Of a DNA stretch of 64,000 nucleotides, positions 37,884 through 51,101 are shown in pieces (within the stretch, counting starts at the first letter, position 1; every line of letters begins with the position of its first letter). Source of the DNA: Callorhinchus milii (taxonomy: Eukaryota); the NCBI RefSeq assembly GCF_018977255.1, contig NW_024704743.1, positions 38,938,001-39,002,000 of the forward strand, read 5' to 3'. Below the pieces are notes generated by a model. It saw nothing but the letters and a program-made list of their open reading frames with translations, ran no database searches and was not told the DNA's origin. The translations under genes were made by a program, and so were the position numbers.

Positions 37884-38197
37884 CAGAACACGGCGTTGGC
37901 GCAGATGAAGAGGCCGACGCTGTAGCCCGGGCTGCGCCAGGTCAGAGCGGACTCCAGGCGGGTCAGCAGCCAGAGAGGGCCAGAGCCGCGGCCGCAGCCC
38001 GGCACCCACTCCCCGGCCGCCGGCGGCCCGGGCCGCTGCTCCTCGTCTCCCCGCTCCTCGCAGCCGCTCACAGCCGCCGCCGCCTTCTCGCCATTGTCCC
38101 TCAGAACTTGTGGCTCGGCCGCCTCCCTCTCCGCGCTGTCGCCGGGAAGGTGTGAGCGTGTCTGGGCCGCCGGTCCCACCATCCCCGCGCTCGCCAT
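37884..38197 (-). CDS. RETREG1: Reticulophagy regulator 1 (FAM134B) coding exon 1
   Basis: ATG at 38197; low-complexity Ala/Glu/Gly N-terminus, then LWLLTRLESALTWRSPGYSVGLFICANAVFW, resembling human [32 protein letters not shown]; phase-2 donor TG|GTAAGC; lies downstream of MYO10 on the same strand, as in human. Confidence 0.88.
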
Positions 38198-38440
38198 CTT
38201 TTGTCTTTGGCTCAGACACCCGCGGGGGGAGGAGGGGGGGCGGGGCTCCTGCCTGCGCCTGACGTCACCGCCTCTGTTGTGGTCTCTCCGGCTCCTGTGT
38301 GTGACGCCGTGATGTCACGGGCGGCTCACCTGCTTCATTGGACGAGAGCTGGGCTGGGCCGCCTGACGTCACTGGGGTGAGGGGCGCGTGACGTCACCGG
38401 GGTGCGGCGTGGTGGCGTCACGGGAGGGGGCGGGGCGACG
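38198..38440 (-). promoter_or_regulatory. RETREG1: RETREG1 5'UTR and core promoter within a CpG island (island ~37030-38440)
   Basis: Very GC/CpG-rich; TGACGTCA at 38260, 38364 and 38389; CCAAT (minus strand) at 38337-38341; GGGGCGGGGC GC boxes at ~38237 and 38427; no TATA seen. Confidence 0.8.
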
Positions 38441-38744
38441 TTTATGACCTAGATTTATTGAAGCAAAAAGAAGACCCTCTCCCCACCACCACCCACACAC
38501 ACACACACAGAGCAACAAGGGATCACATTTACACACAGGGGCTTCACACCCCGGGGGGTGTAGAAAGCACTGGACAGTTCAGGGTCTGCACCCGAGCTGG
38601 GGGTTGGAGTAGAGAGGGGTCGAGGGCAAAGGTGATGGGGTGGGTATCCGTTACAATGATAAGAGGAGGGCAATGCAACTTTGCATTTGCAAAAAAAAAT
38701 AAAAAAATAGCACAAAACAATATCCCCAAAACAGCCTTGAGATC

Positions 38745-39070
38745 CATAGATTCCTAGACATAGAAACAGGAGTGGGCTATTCAGCCCCTCGAGCCTTTTC
38801 CGCCATTTTATAAGATCAGAAACATCTACCTACCTCTGTCTTGAAAATCCACAGCCTTTTGGAGGAGACAGTTCCAGATTTCCACTACCTTTTGGGTGAA
38901 AAACTGCCTCCTAATTTCACTCCTAAATGGCCTTACTCTCATTTTAAGATTATGCCCGCCTGGTTCTCGATTTCCCTACTAGAGGAAATAGTTTCTCTGT
39001 ATCCTATTGAATCCCTTCATTATTTTACAACCTTCAATCAGATCATCCCTCATCCTTCTGAATTCAAGGG
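38745..39070 (-). mobile_element. CR1 LINE 3' fragment
   Basis: LYSLEFRRMRDDLIEGCKIMKGFNR. Confidence 0.85.
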
Positions 39071-39239
39071 AATAAAGAATGGCCAGGGCACCGAATAGTG
39101 GTTGCATCACAATGTTGTACCACCAAGATTTAAAAGGAAGGCAAATTTTATTTCTTATTCCATTGGAAAAAGTGTGAGTCATTAGAATAGGTGTGAGCCT
39201 AAGTCGGTTGGTAGCAAACTTGCCTCTGAGTCAGAAGGT

Positions 39240-39537
39240 GGAGTCCTGTAGCTCAGTGGTTAGAACATTCGCTTTGCAAGCGAGAGACCTGGGTTCAATT
39301 CCCGGCAAGTTTCCTTACTCCACATGCCTGATAATAATCTCTCAAGAAAAATCACAATAATATATTGGTCATTTAAATGTACGAGTGTTTGTGGGACACT
39401 GTTGTGCGCAATTGGCTGCCGCATTTCGCCCACAAATATACAGTTAATTTACTTGATAGTCTATTCTGTGAAGCGCTTTGAGACGTCTAGAAGATGTGAA
39501 AAGCGCGATATCAAATGCAAGGATTATTATTATTATT
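39240..39537 (+). mobile_element. tRNA-derived SINE inserted into a DeuSINE (39200-39845)
   Basis: Host reads tcagAAGGT|SINE|AAGGTtgtgggttcaag, giving a 5-bp TSD. Confidence 0.88.
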
Positions 39538-40562
39538 AAGGTTGTGGGTTCAAGTCCCACATTGGGACCAAGTTGACACTTGCAGTGCTGTGGAGGTTCT
39601 GTCAGATGAGTTGTTAAACTGAGGTTATGTCTGCCTGTTCGGGTCAACGGTAAAGATCCCTTGACACTATTCAGTACCTGGACCTGGCCATTCTTTATTC
39701 ATCTCAAGGCTGTTCTGGGGATGTTGTATTGTACAAATTCCATGCTGCATTTCTCTACAAGCACAATCATTGCGCTTTACAGTAAAATCCTGTGAAATAC
39801 TTTGAGACCTTTCAATGGTCAAATAAATGGATTATTTTATTATTAATCACAAAATAAATGGAATTATGACACTAAATCTTTGCTAAAGGTAATGCCAGAA
39901 CTGCCCCTCATTTTGAAACTCCCCATGATGACTTTATAATTGAATAGAAAAGTGAGGAGATTTAGCTTCTTGAGTTTATTACTGCCAGCTCCGCCACTGG
40001 TATCAATCAGAGTAGATGATCCCAATTTTCGGTTCCCTCTCCAAAACCTCTTACAACAGAGAACTTGATATTGACACTAATATCTGGTCCCATTGTGGAT
40101 CACAGTGTATGTGCTTCGTATATGCCTATCTCTCTCTGCCTCTTTGTTTGCATATTTCTGTGTGTAAATTTCATTTTTTTGTCTCTCTTTTTATTCTCAT
40201 ACTCACCAGGATCAGATCTCTCCACCAAAGATTTTCAGCAGCTTTGCAGCACAACTTCAGAGGCTGTGTTGCAGATAAACAGACACGTAGAAAGTTGACA
40301 TGCGGTTAAGTGGTCTTCTACTGTATTTGTTCCTAATTATATGTTTCCCAACTCTCAATAGCTGCTGGTGGGAAACATAATTTTTGAGTATACATTGTTC
40401 TTTTCCCAAATGTACAATTTCACAGTCTCACATTAAACTGCATGTGCCACTCATCTAACCATTCTGCCATGGAAATGGAAAAGTAAGGATTATTATTTTA
40501 TTGTTCTGGATAGGTAAGCACATCTGGATATAATAAACCTAGAGAATTTCTGAATATGATAA

Positions 40563-40917
40563 ATAATAATACTTGCATTTGACAGGGCACCTTATCACAT
40601 CATTGAGAGTCTCAAAGTGCTTCACAGAATATATTATAATAAAATGGATTGACTCTGTATTTTATGGGCGAAACACAGCAGCCAACTGCACACTGTTGTA
40701 TGAACAGTCGTGGATTGAGTTAGTATATGTTTTTAGGCATTCTTACCTCTGAGAAGCGATCCGCCAAACAACTATCAACCAGGTTCCTACTTACTGCTAG
40801 GTAAATGGAGGTGTGTGGAGTAAGGAAACTTGCCTAAAGTTTCACCCCATCCAGGAATCTAACCTGGGTTCTCTCGCTTACGAGATGAGTGAGCTATCCA
40901 CTATGTTGCTGGACTCC
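40563..40917 (-). mobile_element. tRNA-derived SINE, long subfamily
   Basis: ccaggttcctacttactgctaggtaaa...ggagtaaggaaacttgcc...ggactcc. Confidence 0.8.
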
Positions 40918-42624
40918 ACTGAAATAATAAATAATAATGACTCCACTGAAGTGAAATTTAGCAGTGTAAGTGTAGATAACATCTTTGGTAAAGTTTGATT
41001 GGAATTATTCAATTTCTTTACCATTAACATTAATTATTCACACATTTGTCATAGGAAACACTGAAGAACTAATATTGGTTCTGCTTTTATAAAAATAGTT
41101 AGCATGACCTCCAGATCCAGATAATTGCATCTATAACAAAATATTTAACCCTGGTGGTTTTTGAAACTTGGTGAAATTCCACTTAAGTTCCTAGCAGATA
41201 GATAAGACAGACAAATCTTGTTTTGTATTCAGCAAGTGATTCTTAAGTGAGTTTCAGGCAAGTGGACTGTGAAACAATGTTGTTAGCAGACTCGGTACGT
41301 TTAATAAAATAAGGAGGTTGTAGTGTTGCCAAGTGTCTGTAAACATATGGATTGTATGTAAATTTGTATCTTAAATTTGCATAAAAAGTGATAAATATGG
41401 GAGTGGGAGAGTACAATATCAAATGTGGTAACTATGAGGATAATAATTATCACATTACGAACTGTATTTTCCCCTATAGGCAAGAAATTTCACCAGGGTC
41501 CAAATTCACAAAACTACAAAAGTTCTTGTTTATCTAGTATCTTTTCCTGATCCACCTCTTCTTATACCCATCTCTGGGTCGGATACTCTTAGATTGGCCT
41601 GTAAAGTTTTTGTCTCCTAATCTTTCCCTTTAATTCAAGGCCAATCTTTGTAGAATAAGAGGAATAGTTTCCTTATATCAAATTTCTCTAAAGAAAAGAA
41701 AGTGGTCTCATGTACAAGCTTTTTTATCAATCTACAAAATCAATCTTATTCTCATGGGAGACATGTGCAAGATATTATTTCTGAAATGGACAATTGTATA
41801 TGCACCATGAGCATAGAATTAAAAAGGCTAGCATTATTTTCCAAGATCTCTCAGGATGGTTTATGCACACAATTAAATACTGATCATTAATAACCTGAAT
41901 TAAAATGTCTGCCACAATTGGGGAGGTATTGGGAAAACAATGTGCTAATGTTATATTGAAAATTCCTTTACATGATTTGTGGCTTTGTGGGGTATCAATA
42001 CTCATGCCTAGCTCATGGAAAGGTCCTGAAATATCCATGTGTTTGAGGAACTGTTCATGTATGTTGGAACTTATAATATTTTTGCTATGACATAAAAACT
42101 ATATACTCAGCTTCTCTATAGGGAATATGCACTACCTTGACTCTGTACTTCCAACTGTGTGAGCGCGACTGAGAGAGAAGCCCCCAATAATCATTTCCCC
42201 AGAAACAAAGGGGAAGAAGGAAGAGAAGGCAGAGAACACTATCTCAACACCTTCCAGGGCCTTGTGTATATTCGCCCCTTTCAGAGTAACCAGGATGTTA
42301 TGGGACCTTCATTCTCACAACCTTTTGATGCCTACTTAGTCTCTTCCACTTATCTGCGTCCTTAAGTATGTGGATCGAAATTAACCACGTTCTGAAAGAT
42401 ATAAAACCAAACAAGAGAAATTCAACCTCAACAAATATTGTTTTTGATGAGCCGGGAGTCCGACACATGCAGAAACTCATCAATATTCTTAAGAGTATCC
42501 AAACCAAACTAAGAGGTCCATGCATCCCACTGTTACAAGGAAATTCCAGACATATTTATTGGAATAGGATGTGCACTCTCTCCCTGGAGGAAGACATCCT
42601 ACTTACCTAATTCTGGAAAGTATA

Positions 42625-43355
42625 CACAATAAATGGTACAGTTTTAAGGGGGGTTCAGGAGCGGAGAGACCTGGGGGTTCACATACACAGACCCTTGAAG
42701 GTAGTAGGGCAGTTGATAAGTTGTTAAAAAGCATATGTGATATTTGACTTTATAAATAGAGGCATAGAGTACAAAAGCAACAAAGTTCTGTTAAACCTTT
42801 ATAAACCACTGGTTAGGCCTCAGCTGGAGTATTGTGTCCAATTCTGGGCACCACACTTTAGGAAGATTAACCTGGAGAGGGTACGGAGGAGATTTACCGG
42901 AATGGACCAGTAATGGGGGACCTTCGTTATGTGGAGAGACGAGAGAAGTTGGTATTATACTCCTTAGAACGAAGAAGGTTAAAGGGGAGATTTAATACAG
43001 GTGTTCAAAATTATGAAGGTTATTTATAGAATATATAGGGAAAAACTGTTTCCACTGGCAGTAACCAGGGGACATAGATTCAAGATAATTGGCAAAAGAA
43101 CCAGAGGGGAGATGATGAGAACGTATTTTACCCGGAGTTGTTACGATCTGGAATGCACTGCCTGAAAGGGTGGTGGAAACAGATTCAGTAACAACCTTCC
43201 AAAAGGAATTGGATAGATACTTGAAAAGGATACATTTGCAAGGATATGGGGAAAGAGAAGTGGAGTGGGACTGACTGGTAGCTCTTCCAAGGAGTGGGCA
43301 CATGCACAATGGGCCGAATGGCCTCCTTCGGTGCTATAATATTCTATGATTCTAT
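42625..43355 (+). mobile_element. CR1 LINE 3' fragment
   Basis: ggttaggcctcagctggagtattgtgtccaattctgggcacc (RPQLEYCVQFW); tail gggccgaatggcctcct...ttctatgattctatg. Confidence 0.9.
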
Positions 43356-43763
43356 GAATATTCAAAGAGAATAAATGCAACAGTTGTAAAGGGTAGGATT
43401 TGTTTGACATGCTATTGATTGCTGGATTTGATATTTCTGTTTTGGTATCTGATATGTATTGAAACTAAATCACACATTAACTTGGGAGCATCATTTAAAG
43501 TGGCCATTTCCTGCTGTTGTTGGCACGGTCTTGTTTATCACCTGCTTTGTAGCAACATGTTTCTTTCGTAACTTATCTGTTCTGTAGGCAGCCAGTACAG
43601 GGTTATGTTTAATATACTTCAGATTAGCTGAAAGTAATCTGCATTCATCAGATTTCCTCTGTGTTTGGCTTGGGGGAGGAGGGGACGTAGAACAGGACAG
43701 GGTGAGTAGCTCTCATAGCAATCTAATTTAGAAAATTGCCTTTCAGTAAATATTGATATTTGT

Positions 43764-44080
43764 GGAGTCCTGTAGCTCAGTGGTTAGAGCACTCGCTTTG
43801 CAAGTGAGAGACCTGAGTTAAATTCCAGGCAGAGGGCGAAACCTTGGGCAAGTTTCCTAACTCCACACGCCTAATAATAATCCCTCAAAAAAAAACAATA
43901 ATAAATTGGTCATTTTCAATCCATGACTGTTTGTGGGACAATGCTGTGCGCAATTGGCTGCTGCGTTCGCCCACAAATATACAGTCAATTCACTTTACAG
44001 TATATTCTGTGAAGCGCTTTGGGACGTCTAGAAGACGTGAAAAGTGCTATATCAAATGCAAGGATTATTATTATTATTAT
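43764..44080 (+). mobile_element. Full-length tRNA-derived SINE, short subfamily
   Basis: A-box TAGCTCAGTGG, anticodon-like arm with TGC, B-box, shared tail, (ATT)n. Confidence 0.92.
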
Positions 44081-45499
44081 ATCAATTTATACAACTAAAA
44101 TACATTTGAGCTGCTTTTATATATTTCTCTAGTATATATGCAACCTTGATAAGTTACTTATGGTTTCACTTGTGCCCCAACCTGTTGACAACATGTAATC
44201 GTGGGACAAGTGATGCATGTATATAAATTAAATGTGAATACTGTTTACTTGTGGTGAAGCAGATATGTTAAGCGTGCCACTACCTAAATTACTACAGAGA
44301 TCTCAGGTGATAAATCATACCCCTCCCTCTTGTTTTTTTAAGGATTGCTGTTTCCAAATGGCTCTTCCAATATTTTAAACTGATGTGGGAAAATAAACTT
44401 TCTTTACTTATGGGGTGGAGAAGAGAATAATAGTATCTTAAATGTATTGCTCGCTGCAAACTGCCCATCTGCTCCTTCAATGTGTTGAATGTCTTGCCAA
44501 CAATGGAGTCAGCCAATTCACAAGAATATAAATACAAAACTTGAGTGCCACCATCTTTGATACTGGCATTGTTTTGTTTTTAATATGTTTTAAGCCGTTA
44601 GAGAGTGTGAAGCATTTCTTTGTTGATTTCAGTTATTTTTGGGTTCGATTTTAGAAGAATCCTGGAATTTGTGCTCTTCCTGGCCTGAAAGATTTTATTT
44701 CAAATGACATTGGGGCCTTAGGCCGAGAGCAGGATTAATGGATTCACACTAAATTGTGGCAATAATTAATATTAATAATTAACCTGTTCCTAATGATATA
44801 TTCATCAGGATCTGTGGCTTTACTTTTCTTGTCCAGCTTGATGTTTGTTAATTTTAAATCTGTCCTCACACAATCCAGCTCAAGTGGTCTGTACATTATT
44901 TATGAATCTCGGCATTTAAAGGATCTAGATCCTGTTCCTGTTCAATCTTTCCTCTAAAGAAAGCATATTCAGCTCCGTGGGTCTCTCTCATAACATAAAT
45001 GCAGAAGATTAGAATAGTTAGTTTAATTTTATAGTCAACAGTTTTGAGCTGCAAACTAGCGTTAGATTAGTTTTATTGGCAAAAGCTTTTCATCGACGGG
45101 AAGCATTCATGGCATAGTCATGCACATCTTTTTCAATGGTCACTCATCCATATTGTATACATATCAGATGCAAGGATTATTATTATTGAATTTTTTTTAT
45201 TCTAATATCTGTTTATTATCCAAATTACTGTCAAAAGAAGTAAGAAATTTGCCCAATATGTTTTTTTTCCCAGAGTTAACAGCAGAGACATCTTGGCTCT
45301 GAACAACAGAAACCTTATTTGTTGGTTAGCTTTCTTTTCCTAAAATATAAAATCTCATTTGTCACAGTAGAGATACTACTGTGCTTGGCGAGGACCTCTT
45401 GGGGTAGAAATGTTTCTGCTACTAAGTGCTGCCATGTTGGCACTTCATTTTTAATGCGATATTGTACATAATCGTTTAAACATACATTGGACTATAATA

Positions 45500-45790
45500 T
45501 CAGATGTTAATCCGAGGCACCGTCTGCCTATTCAGGTGGACGTTAAAAATCTCATGGCACTATTCAAAAAGGGAAGGGATTTTCTCCCAGTTTCTGGCCA
45601 ACAATCCTCCAAATAAAAGATCATTTACTCCATGGCTGTTTGTGGGACGTTGCTGTGTGCAAATTCCCTGCTACATTTGCCCACAAAAGACACAGTCACT
45701 TTACTTTGCAAAATATCCTGTGAAGCACTTTGGTCCATCTTCCTAATATGAACGGCACAATAACAAATGCAAAGATTGTTATTAACAATA
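45500..45790 (+). mobile_element. DeuSINE fragment
   Basis: agatgttaatccgaggcaccgtctgcctattcaggtggacgttaaaaatctcatggcactattc. Confidence 0.75.
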
Positions 45791-46574
45791 AAATACGGCA
45801 ATTACTAATGGGATTTTTTAATAAGGAATCCAAGCAAGTTTTCTTCCGGAAAATAGAAGCACGTGAGACTGACCTATGGTTACTCGGTTTTGCAGAAAGA
45901 TTGTGTCAGAGCAGGATTATAAACTTCCAGTTTTCCTAAGAATGAATCCTGTTAGAAATTAATGCTAATATATAGCCCCCATTGTCAATATTAGTATACC
46001 TATCAGTAAGATTGATTTCACCCCATTCCTAGGATGTTAGCATTTATTTATTTAGTGTTAAAACCTAGGTTATTATAATTTACCTACAAAATACACAGTC
46101 ACTATGTTACACACACATGTGAAAATACTTCGAGATATGCTAGACATGTAAAAGGCATCATATCAAAATAGACATGTGGTTATCCAAATGAACAGGAAGG
46201 AAGATACCGTAATGTGATAAGGGTTTCAAAATTTCCAGAGATAATGTGAACAGATAACAAACAATGCCAAGTTACAATACAAGTTATTTATTTGTAATAG
46301 GCAATTGTTTCTTAATGAATCACATGAATCAGGAAATAAAGACAGATCGTAGATTTAATAGTTTATCAGAAATGATGAGTAACTTGGAGAGGTGAACAAA
46401 GGTATAGTTAAAACCAAGACCAATGATAAGGCAAATCATTTGTGCAAGAGTTTAGGAGAGCATTGTTTGGGATGGCCAAACATTTTAAAATGTAAGAATG
46501 TTAAAATGCAACATTGCTGTAACATACGTTACAGCCAAACAAATTTTTGGTGGCAGTTTGATGTTATGTTCCTC

Positions 46575-47875
46575 AGGGCTCTGTCCTTGGTCCCCTCCTC
46601 TTCAATATCTATATGCTCCCTCTTGGTGACATCATCCGCAGACATGGGGTCAACTTCCACATCTACGCGGATGACATCCAACTCTACCCTCCACCCTTGC
46701 CTCCAGGACCACTGCTATCCTGACAGAATGTCTGTTAGACATTAAGTCCTGGATGAGAGCTAACTTTCTACAGTTGAATGTCAACAAGACTGAGGATCTC
46801 CTGATTTGTTCCTGTCAGTGCCTCCTCACCTCAGGCACTGGCAGGATCCCATCCACGGATGCACACTCCACCTTGCTAAGCCAGTCTGGAACCTTGGATC
46901 TTGTTTAACCCTCAACTATCCTTTCTACCCCACATCCATGTCATGACCCGTTCTGCCTTCCCCCACCTCCGCAACATTGCCCGGCTCCGACATTGACTCC
47001 CATCAGGCCTCTAACACCCTCATCCACGCATTTATTCCATCAAGGCTCAACTACACCAACTCCCTGCTTGTTGGCCTTCCCAACTCTTCCCTCCACAAGC
47101 TGCAGATTATCAAGAATCTCCGACACCAGGCTCCATGACCCTATTATCCCCAACTCACCCGACACCACTGGCTCCCCATCCCCTCGAGGATAGTTCAAAA
47201 TCTTCATCTTCGCCGAGTTCAATTCCAGGCAGGGCAAAACCTTGGGTAAGTTTCCTTACTCCACACGCCTAATAATAATCCCTCAAAAAAAAACAATAAT
47301 AAATTGGTCATTTTCAATCCATGGCTGTTTGTGGGACACTGCTGTGCGCAATTGGCTGCCGCGTTCGCCCACAAATATACAGTCAATTCACTTTACAGTA
47401 TATTCTGTGAAGCGCTTTGGGACATCTAGAAGACATGAAAAGCGCTATATCAAATGCAAGGATTATTATTATTATTATTATTTTTATTCAAGGCCCTTGG
47501 CGACCTTGCTACTTCCTACGTCTGTGACCTGTTAACCCGATATCAACCTGTCTGCTTCCTCCGCTCAGCAGGCTCTGGCCTGCTCCACATCCCCCGCCTG
47601 GCCCGCCCCACCATCGGTGGTCAGTCCTTCAGCTTCTCTGCCCCCACCCTTTGGAACTCAATCCCCCACTCCCTTTCTCTTACTCCCTCCCTTTGCCTTT
47701 GTCTTCCTCACATCTCAAGACCATCCTCTTTAACCACACATTTGGCCACCCTCTTAGCTTTAAAATTCCTGCCCTCCAACTCCCTGATTGGGTCCAAATC
47801 CCTGACGTCCAGCACCTTGGGATATACTCCTGACGTGAAAGGCGCTATACAAATGTAATTTGTTGTTTGTTGTTG
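46575..47875 (+). mobile_element. L2 LINE (RT C-terminus to tail) interrupted by a 5'-truncated SINE at ~47215-47483
   Basis: cagggctctgtccttggtcccctcctcttc ([10 protein letters not shown]), ttccacatctacgcggatgac (FHIYADD), (GTT)n tail. Confidence 0.88.
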
Positions 47876-48291
47876 TGTGGAACCTTATCAAATGCCTTCT
47901 GAAAGTCAATCTGATGTTTAATGTTGATTTTTTTTCCAACTGGATTCAATGCTGAAATAACAAAAGCAGACGTTACCTGTTGAAATCAGCTTCATAAGTT
48001 GCCAACAATACAGCCCCAGTGTCAATCTGGACTCAGAATACAAATTCCGGTGTGGTGTTTAAACCCAGGCACGCCTGACTGGCTGACCCAAAGACGAAAG
48101 TCGTAAATTGAAACTCTCATGCATATTGTACATAGAGTTTATGCATTTACAGTCATAGCCCACCCTCTCCCATTCCAATGTCCTAGGCCTGGGAGAGCGG
48201 GGCTGGTATGAATCTTAAACATTAATCCAGGAGGTGGCGCTGCTGTTAAGCAAAATTTGACTTTATGCAAAGTTTTTAAAAATAACATCAA

Positions 48292-49290
48292 TAACAACTT
48301 GCACTTATATAGCACCCTCCACACCGGGTAGCATCTCAGAGTGCTTAAAAGTGGCGGAGCCTGACTCCGAGCCGGGGGGAGGATAATGGTAAGCACGGTC
48401 AAAAAGGAAGGTTTTCAGTCGGGACTTGAAAAATGGGAGAGAGGTCAAGACGGAGGGATTGAGGGAGAGGGTTCCAGAGTTTGGGGGCGTAGCAGCTGAA
48501 AGCACAACCTTCAATGATGGGGTGAAGGGTGCGAGGGATGAGCAGGAGGCTGGTGCCAGTTGAGCGGAAGTGCCGGGTGGTGGATTGGGGAGTGATGAGG
48601 TCGGAGAGGGAAAGAGGTGCCAGGGAGTGAATGGATTTAAACACGAGTGTGAGGATCTTGAATTCGATCCGTTTGGTGATGGGGAGCCAGTGGAGCCTGG
48701 GCCAGAACTGGTGAGATGTGGGTACAGTGTTTGGTCAGGGTCAGTATGCGGGTGGCAGAGTTCTGAATGAGCTGGATCTTGTGAATAGTGGAGCTGGGGA
48801 GACCAGGGAGGAGTACGTTTTGAGTAATCCAGCTGGGAGGGTACAAACGCATACATGAGGGTTTCAGCTGCATTTGGGGTAAGATACAATCGGAGGCGGG
48901 CAATGTGCCGGAGATGGAGGAAGATGGTCTTGGTCAGGGACCAAATGTGGTGGTGGAAGGACAGTTGGGGATTGAACCAGATGCCTAGACTGTGCACTGG
49001 TTCAGTGAGTCTGAGGAAGCGCTCAAGGAGATTGAGGAGTTCAGATCTTCAGCGTTGACAGGAACCACGGAGTATGGCTTCCGTCTTGTCCACAATCAGT
49101 TGCAGAATGTTTGCTCTCATCCAGGCTCTGATATCTGCCAGACAAGCTGATAGAACATTGGCAGACCTGGAATCGATACTGGAGGAGGCAAAGTAGATTT
49201 GTGTGTCATCCCCATACGTGTGGAAGTTTACTCTGTGTCTGCCAAGAGGGAGCATGTAGATGAGGATGAGTAAAAGATAAGGGTGGGGGG
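48292..49290 (-). mobile_element. L2 LINE fragment with 3' tail
   Basis: NFHTYGDDTQIY, LGIWFNPQLSF and FKSRLKTFLFDRAY remnants. Confidence 0.88.
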
Positions 49291-49399
49291 TGGGGGAAGA
49301 GTGCAAATGTTCTGCTATGCAGCCTTGTCAAGAGGACAAGCAAATAAACTTGCTCAGGTTGCTTAACCTTGCCTCTGGATCGAGACTTTGATCTTACAG

Positions 49400-49720
49400 G
49401 CTCCAGTGCAATGCTGGGGGAGTGTTGCATTGTTGGAAATGCTGTCTTTGGGTGAGACTTTTAACTGAGGCCCCATTACCTGTTCAGGTAGATGGTAAAG
49501 TTCCCATGGCACTATTCTAAAAGAGCAGGGAGTTTCTCCCAGTGTTCTGGCCAACAACCTGCCAGACAAAATCGCTTTCACATCATGGCTTTTTGTAGAA
49601 CACTGCTATTCAAATTGACTGCTGTGTTTGCCAACAAAAGCACAGTCACTATACTTTACAGTAAATCCTGAGAAGCACTTTGAAACTTTGGTGACATGAT
49701 AAGACGCTACATCAAATGAA
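49400..49720 (+). mobile_element. DeuSINE fragment
   Basis: ctccagtgcaatgctgggggagtgttgcattg...cccatggcactattc. Confidence 0.7.
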
Positions 49721-50109
49721 AAGCCGCCTCTTGGACATTCAAACTTGCACTTCAATTTCTAATCTGTGCTGAATTAGCTCATCTCAGCAGTTGGAGTGCT
49801 ACAATTTTAACTTTGAGTAAAGGGGCAAGACATCAAGTGGAGTTCCTGATCCCACCTGCCAACCAGATACTCTCTCCTGAAAGTCTGCAAGTGTAGATGC
49901 TGAGTGAGAACATTGTAAACACACATGAAGATCGTGAAGGTGCGGGAGAAAGAAAGGTGACATCAGCAAGTTCCAGAAAGGAAATTAAATGTCATTAAGC
50001 CTGGAAAATTCTGGAGAAAAAAGCTGTCAAAGAAACAGAATGTAAAACAATGCTTGATATTTCTGCTTTCAAATATATTGGAGAATAAACTTAAAAAATG
50101 AGCAAACTC

Positions 50110-50990
50110 CTGTGTAACTGTATAAATATTTTATTTAATAGTGTTAGCTACAGCATCTGAGAACATTTGATAAAAACTAAAGGCCGAGTCAGCTACTACA
50201 TGTATAGCATACTGCAGTATGAATATAGCTCAATAGGTCATCAATCCAGTACAGAAGTTATGTACTGTGAATTAGTTCAGGAACAAAGACGCTTACTAGT
50301 AACAATCCAGGTCAAATTACTAAACAAATTTACTATCTTTAAAAAATGTACAGACACACACTGTATACATACAACATTGCACATTAGATTCCCCTTAGCA
50401 AGAAAATGCTGTGAAAATATGGATTAACAAAACATGACAGAAAATGGGATGGATTACAGTCGTCCATTGAGGAAAAGCTGCCAGCAGCATTCCAGTTGCT
50501 CAATCCCATAACTCTCAGTCTCAGAGCCGGGTGTTATGTTAGTGCACAAAAATATCTAACACCTTATCGCTCCAGCAGTTTAAAATTTAAAGCCTTCCTC
50601 TCCCCCTCCCCCTCCCTTCTTCATTCCAGCACTCATTATTTATTCCAGTCCTTTAGTGAAAATCATAGTCCATAACAAGATGAGTTTTACTGTAAGGCAC
50701 TTTCTCTGCTTAATAGCAGTGCAGTGTGTTAAGGCATATTGGCATTAGCGCTGATTAGGGTTTGGAAGGCCTGAGGAAATAGGATCAGAATATAATACTC
50801 TTGGAGCAGTAAGGGTCTGCTTGAATGTACCAATATTTCTCTTGAAAGGCGGCTGAAAGCTGGTTGAATTTAAATAGCAGTTCCATTGGCATAGCTTGTA
50901 CATGGGGCACTTTCAACTAACGTCTGTGAATGAGGGCTGCCTGTGCAGGGCAACACTTAAGGGAAGGAAAAGTCACTGGTGGAACCGATT
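50110..50990 (-). other. MYO10: Probable MYO10 3'UTR, with polyadenylation signal at 50130-50135
   Basis: Repeat-free AT-rich stretch after the stop codon; overlapping ATTAAA/AATAAA on the minus strand at 50130-50139; the end point is inferred. Confidence 0.6.
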
Positions 50991-51101
50991 TCACCTGCTG
51001 CTGCACTGACTGCCCCGACTGCTTGCAGACCGTGAGGTGCTGTAGCGCTTCTTTACAATCATGCTGATGTAAGCTTTCATGAGCTTGGCGATGTCCACCA
51101 C
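50991..51101 (-). CDS. MYO10: Myosin-X terminal coding exon, with stop codon
   Basis: CAG|GTG GTG GAC...AGG TGA; VVDIAKLMKAYISMIVKKRYSTSRSASSRGSQCSSR*, matching the MYO10 C-terminus. Confidence 0.96.
   Translation of the reverse strand: MVDIAKLMKAYISMIVKKRYSTSRSASSRGSQCSSR

Noticed and set aside
37051..37925. 285-aa and 206-aa plus-strand ORFs rich in His/Thr
   Set aside because: Translation artefacts of the stop-free CA/CAGA repeat
37845..38219. 124-aa minus-strand ORF overlapping RETREG1 exon 1
   Set aside because: Alternative frame in GC-rich sequence with no ATG at its start; only the 38197 frame has the FAM134 motif and the expected donor phase
41460..42610. Cluster of 60-87 aa ORFs in unique intergenic DNA, considered as an endogenous viral element or decayed gene
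   Set aside because: No recognisable protein motif and no consistent strand or frame; BLASTX would be needed
43764..43835. tRNA-Ala(UGC)-like sequence (A box, anticodon arm, B box), repeated at about 10 sites
   Set aside because: No acceptor stem or Pol III terminator, and it runs into the SINE body; these are SINE heads, not tRNA genes
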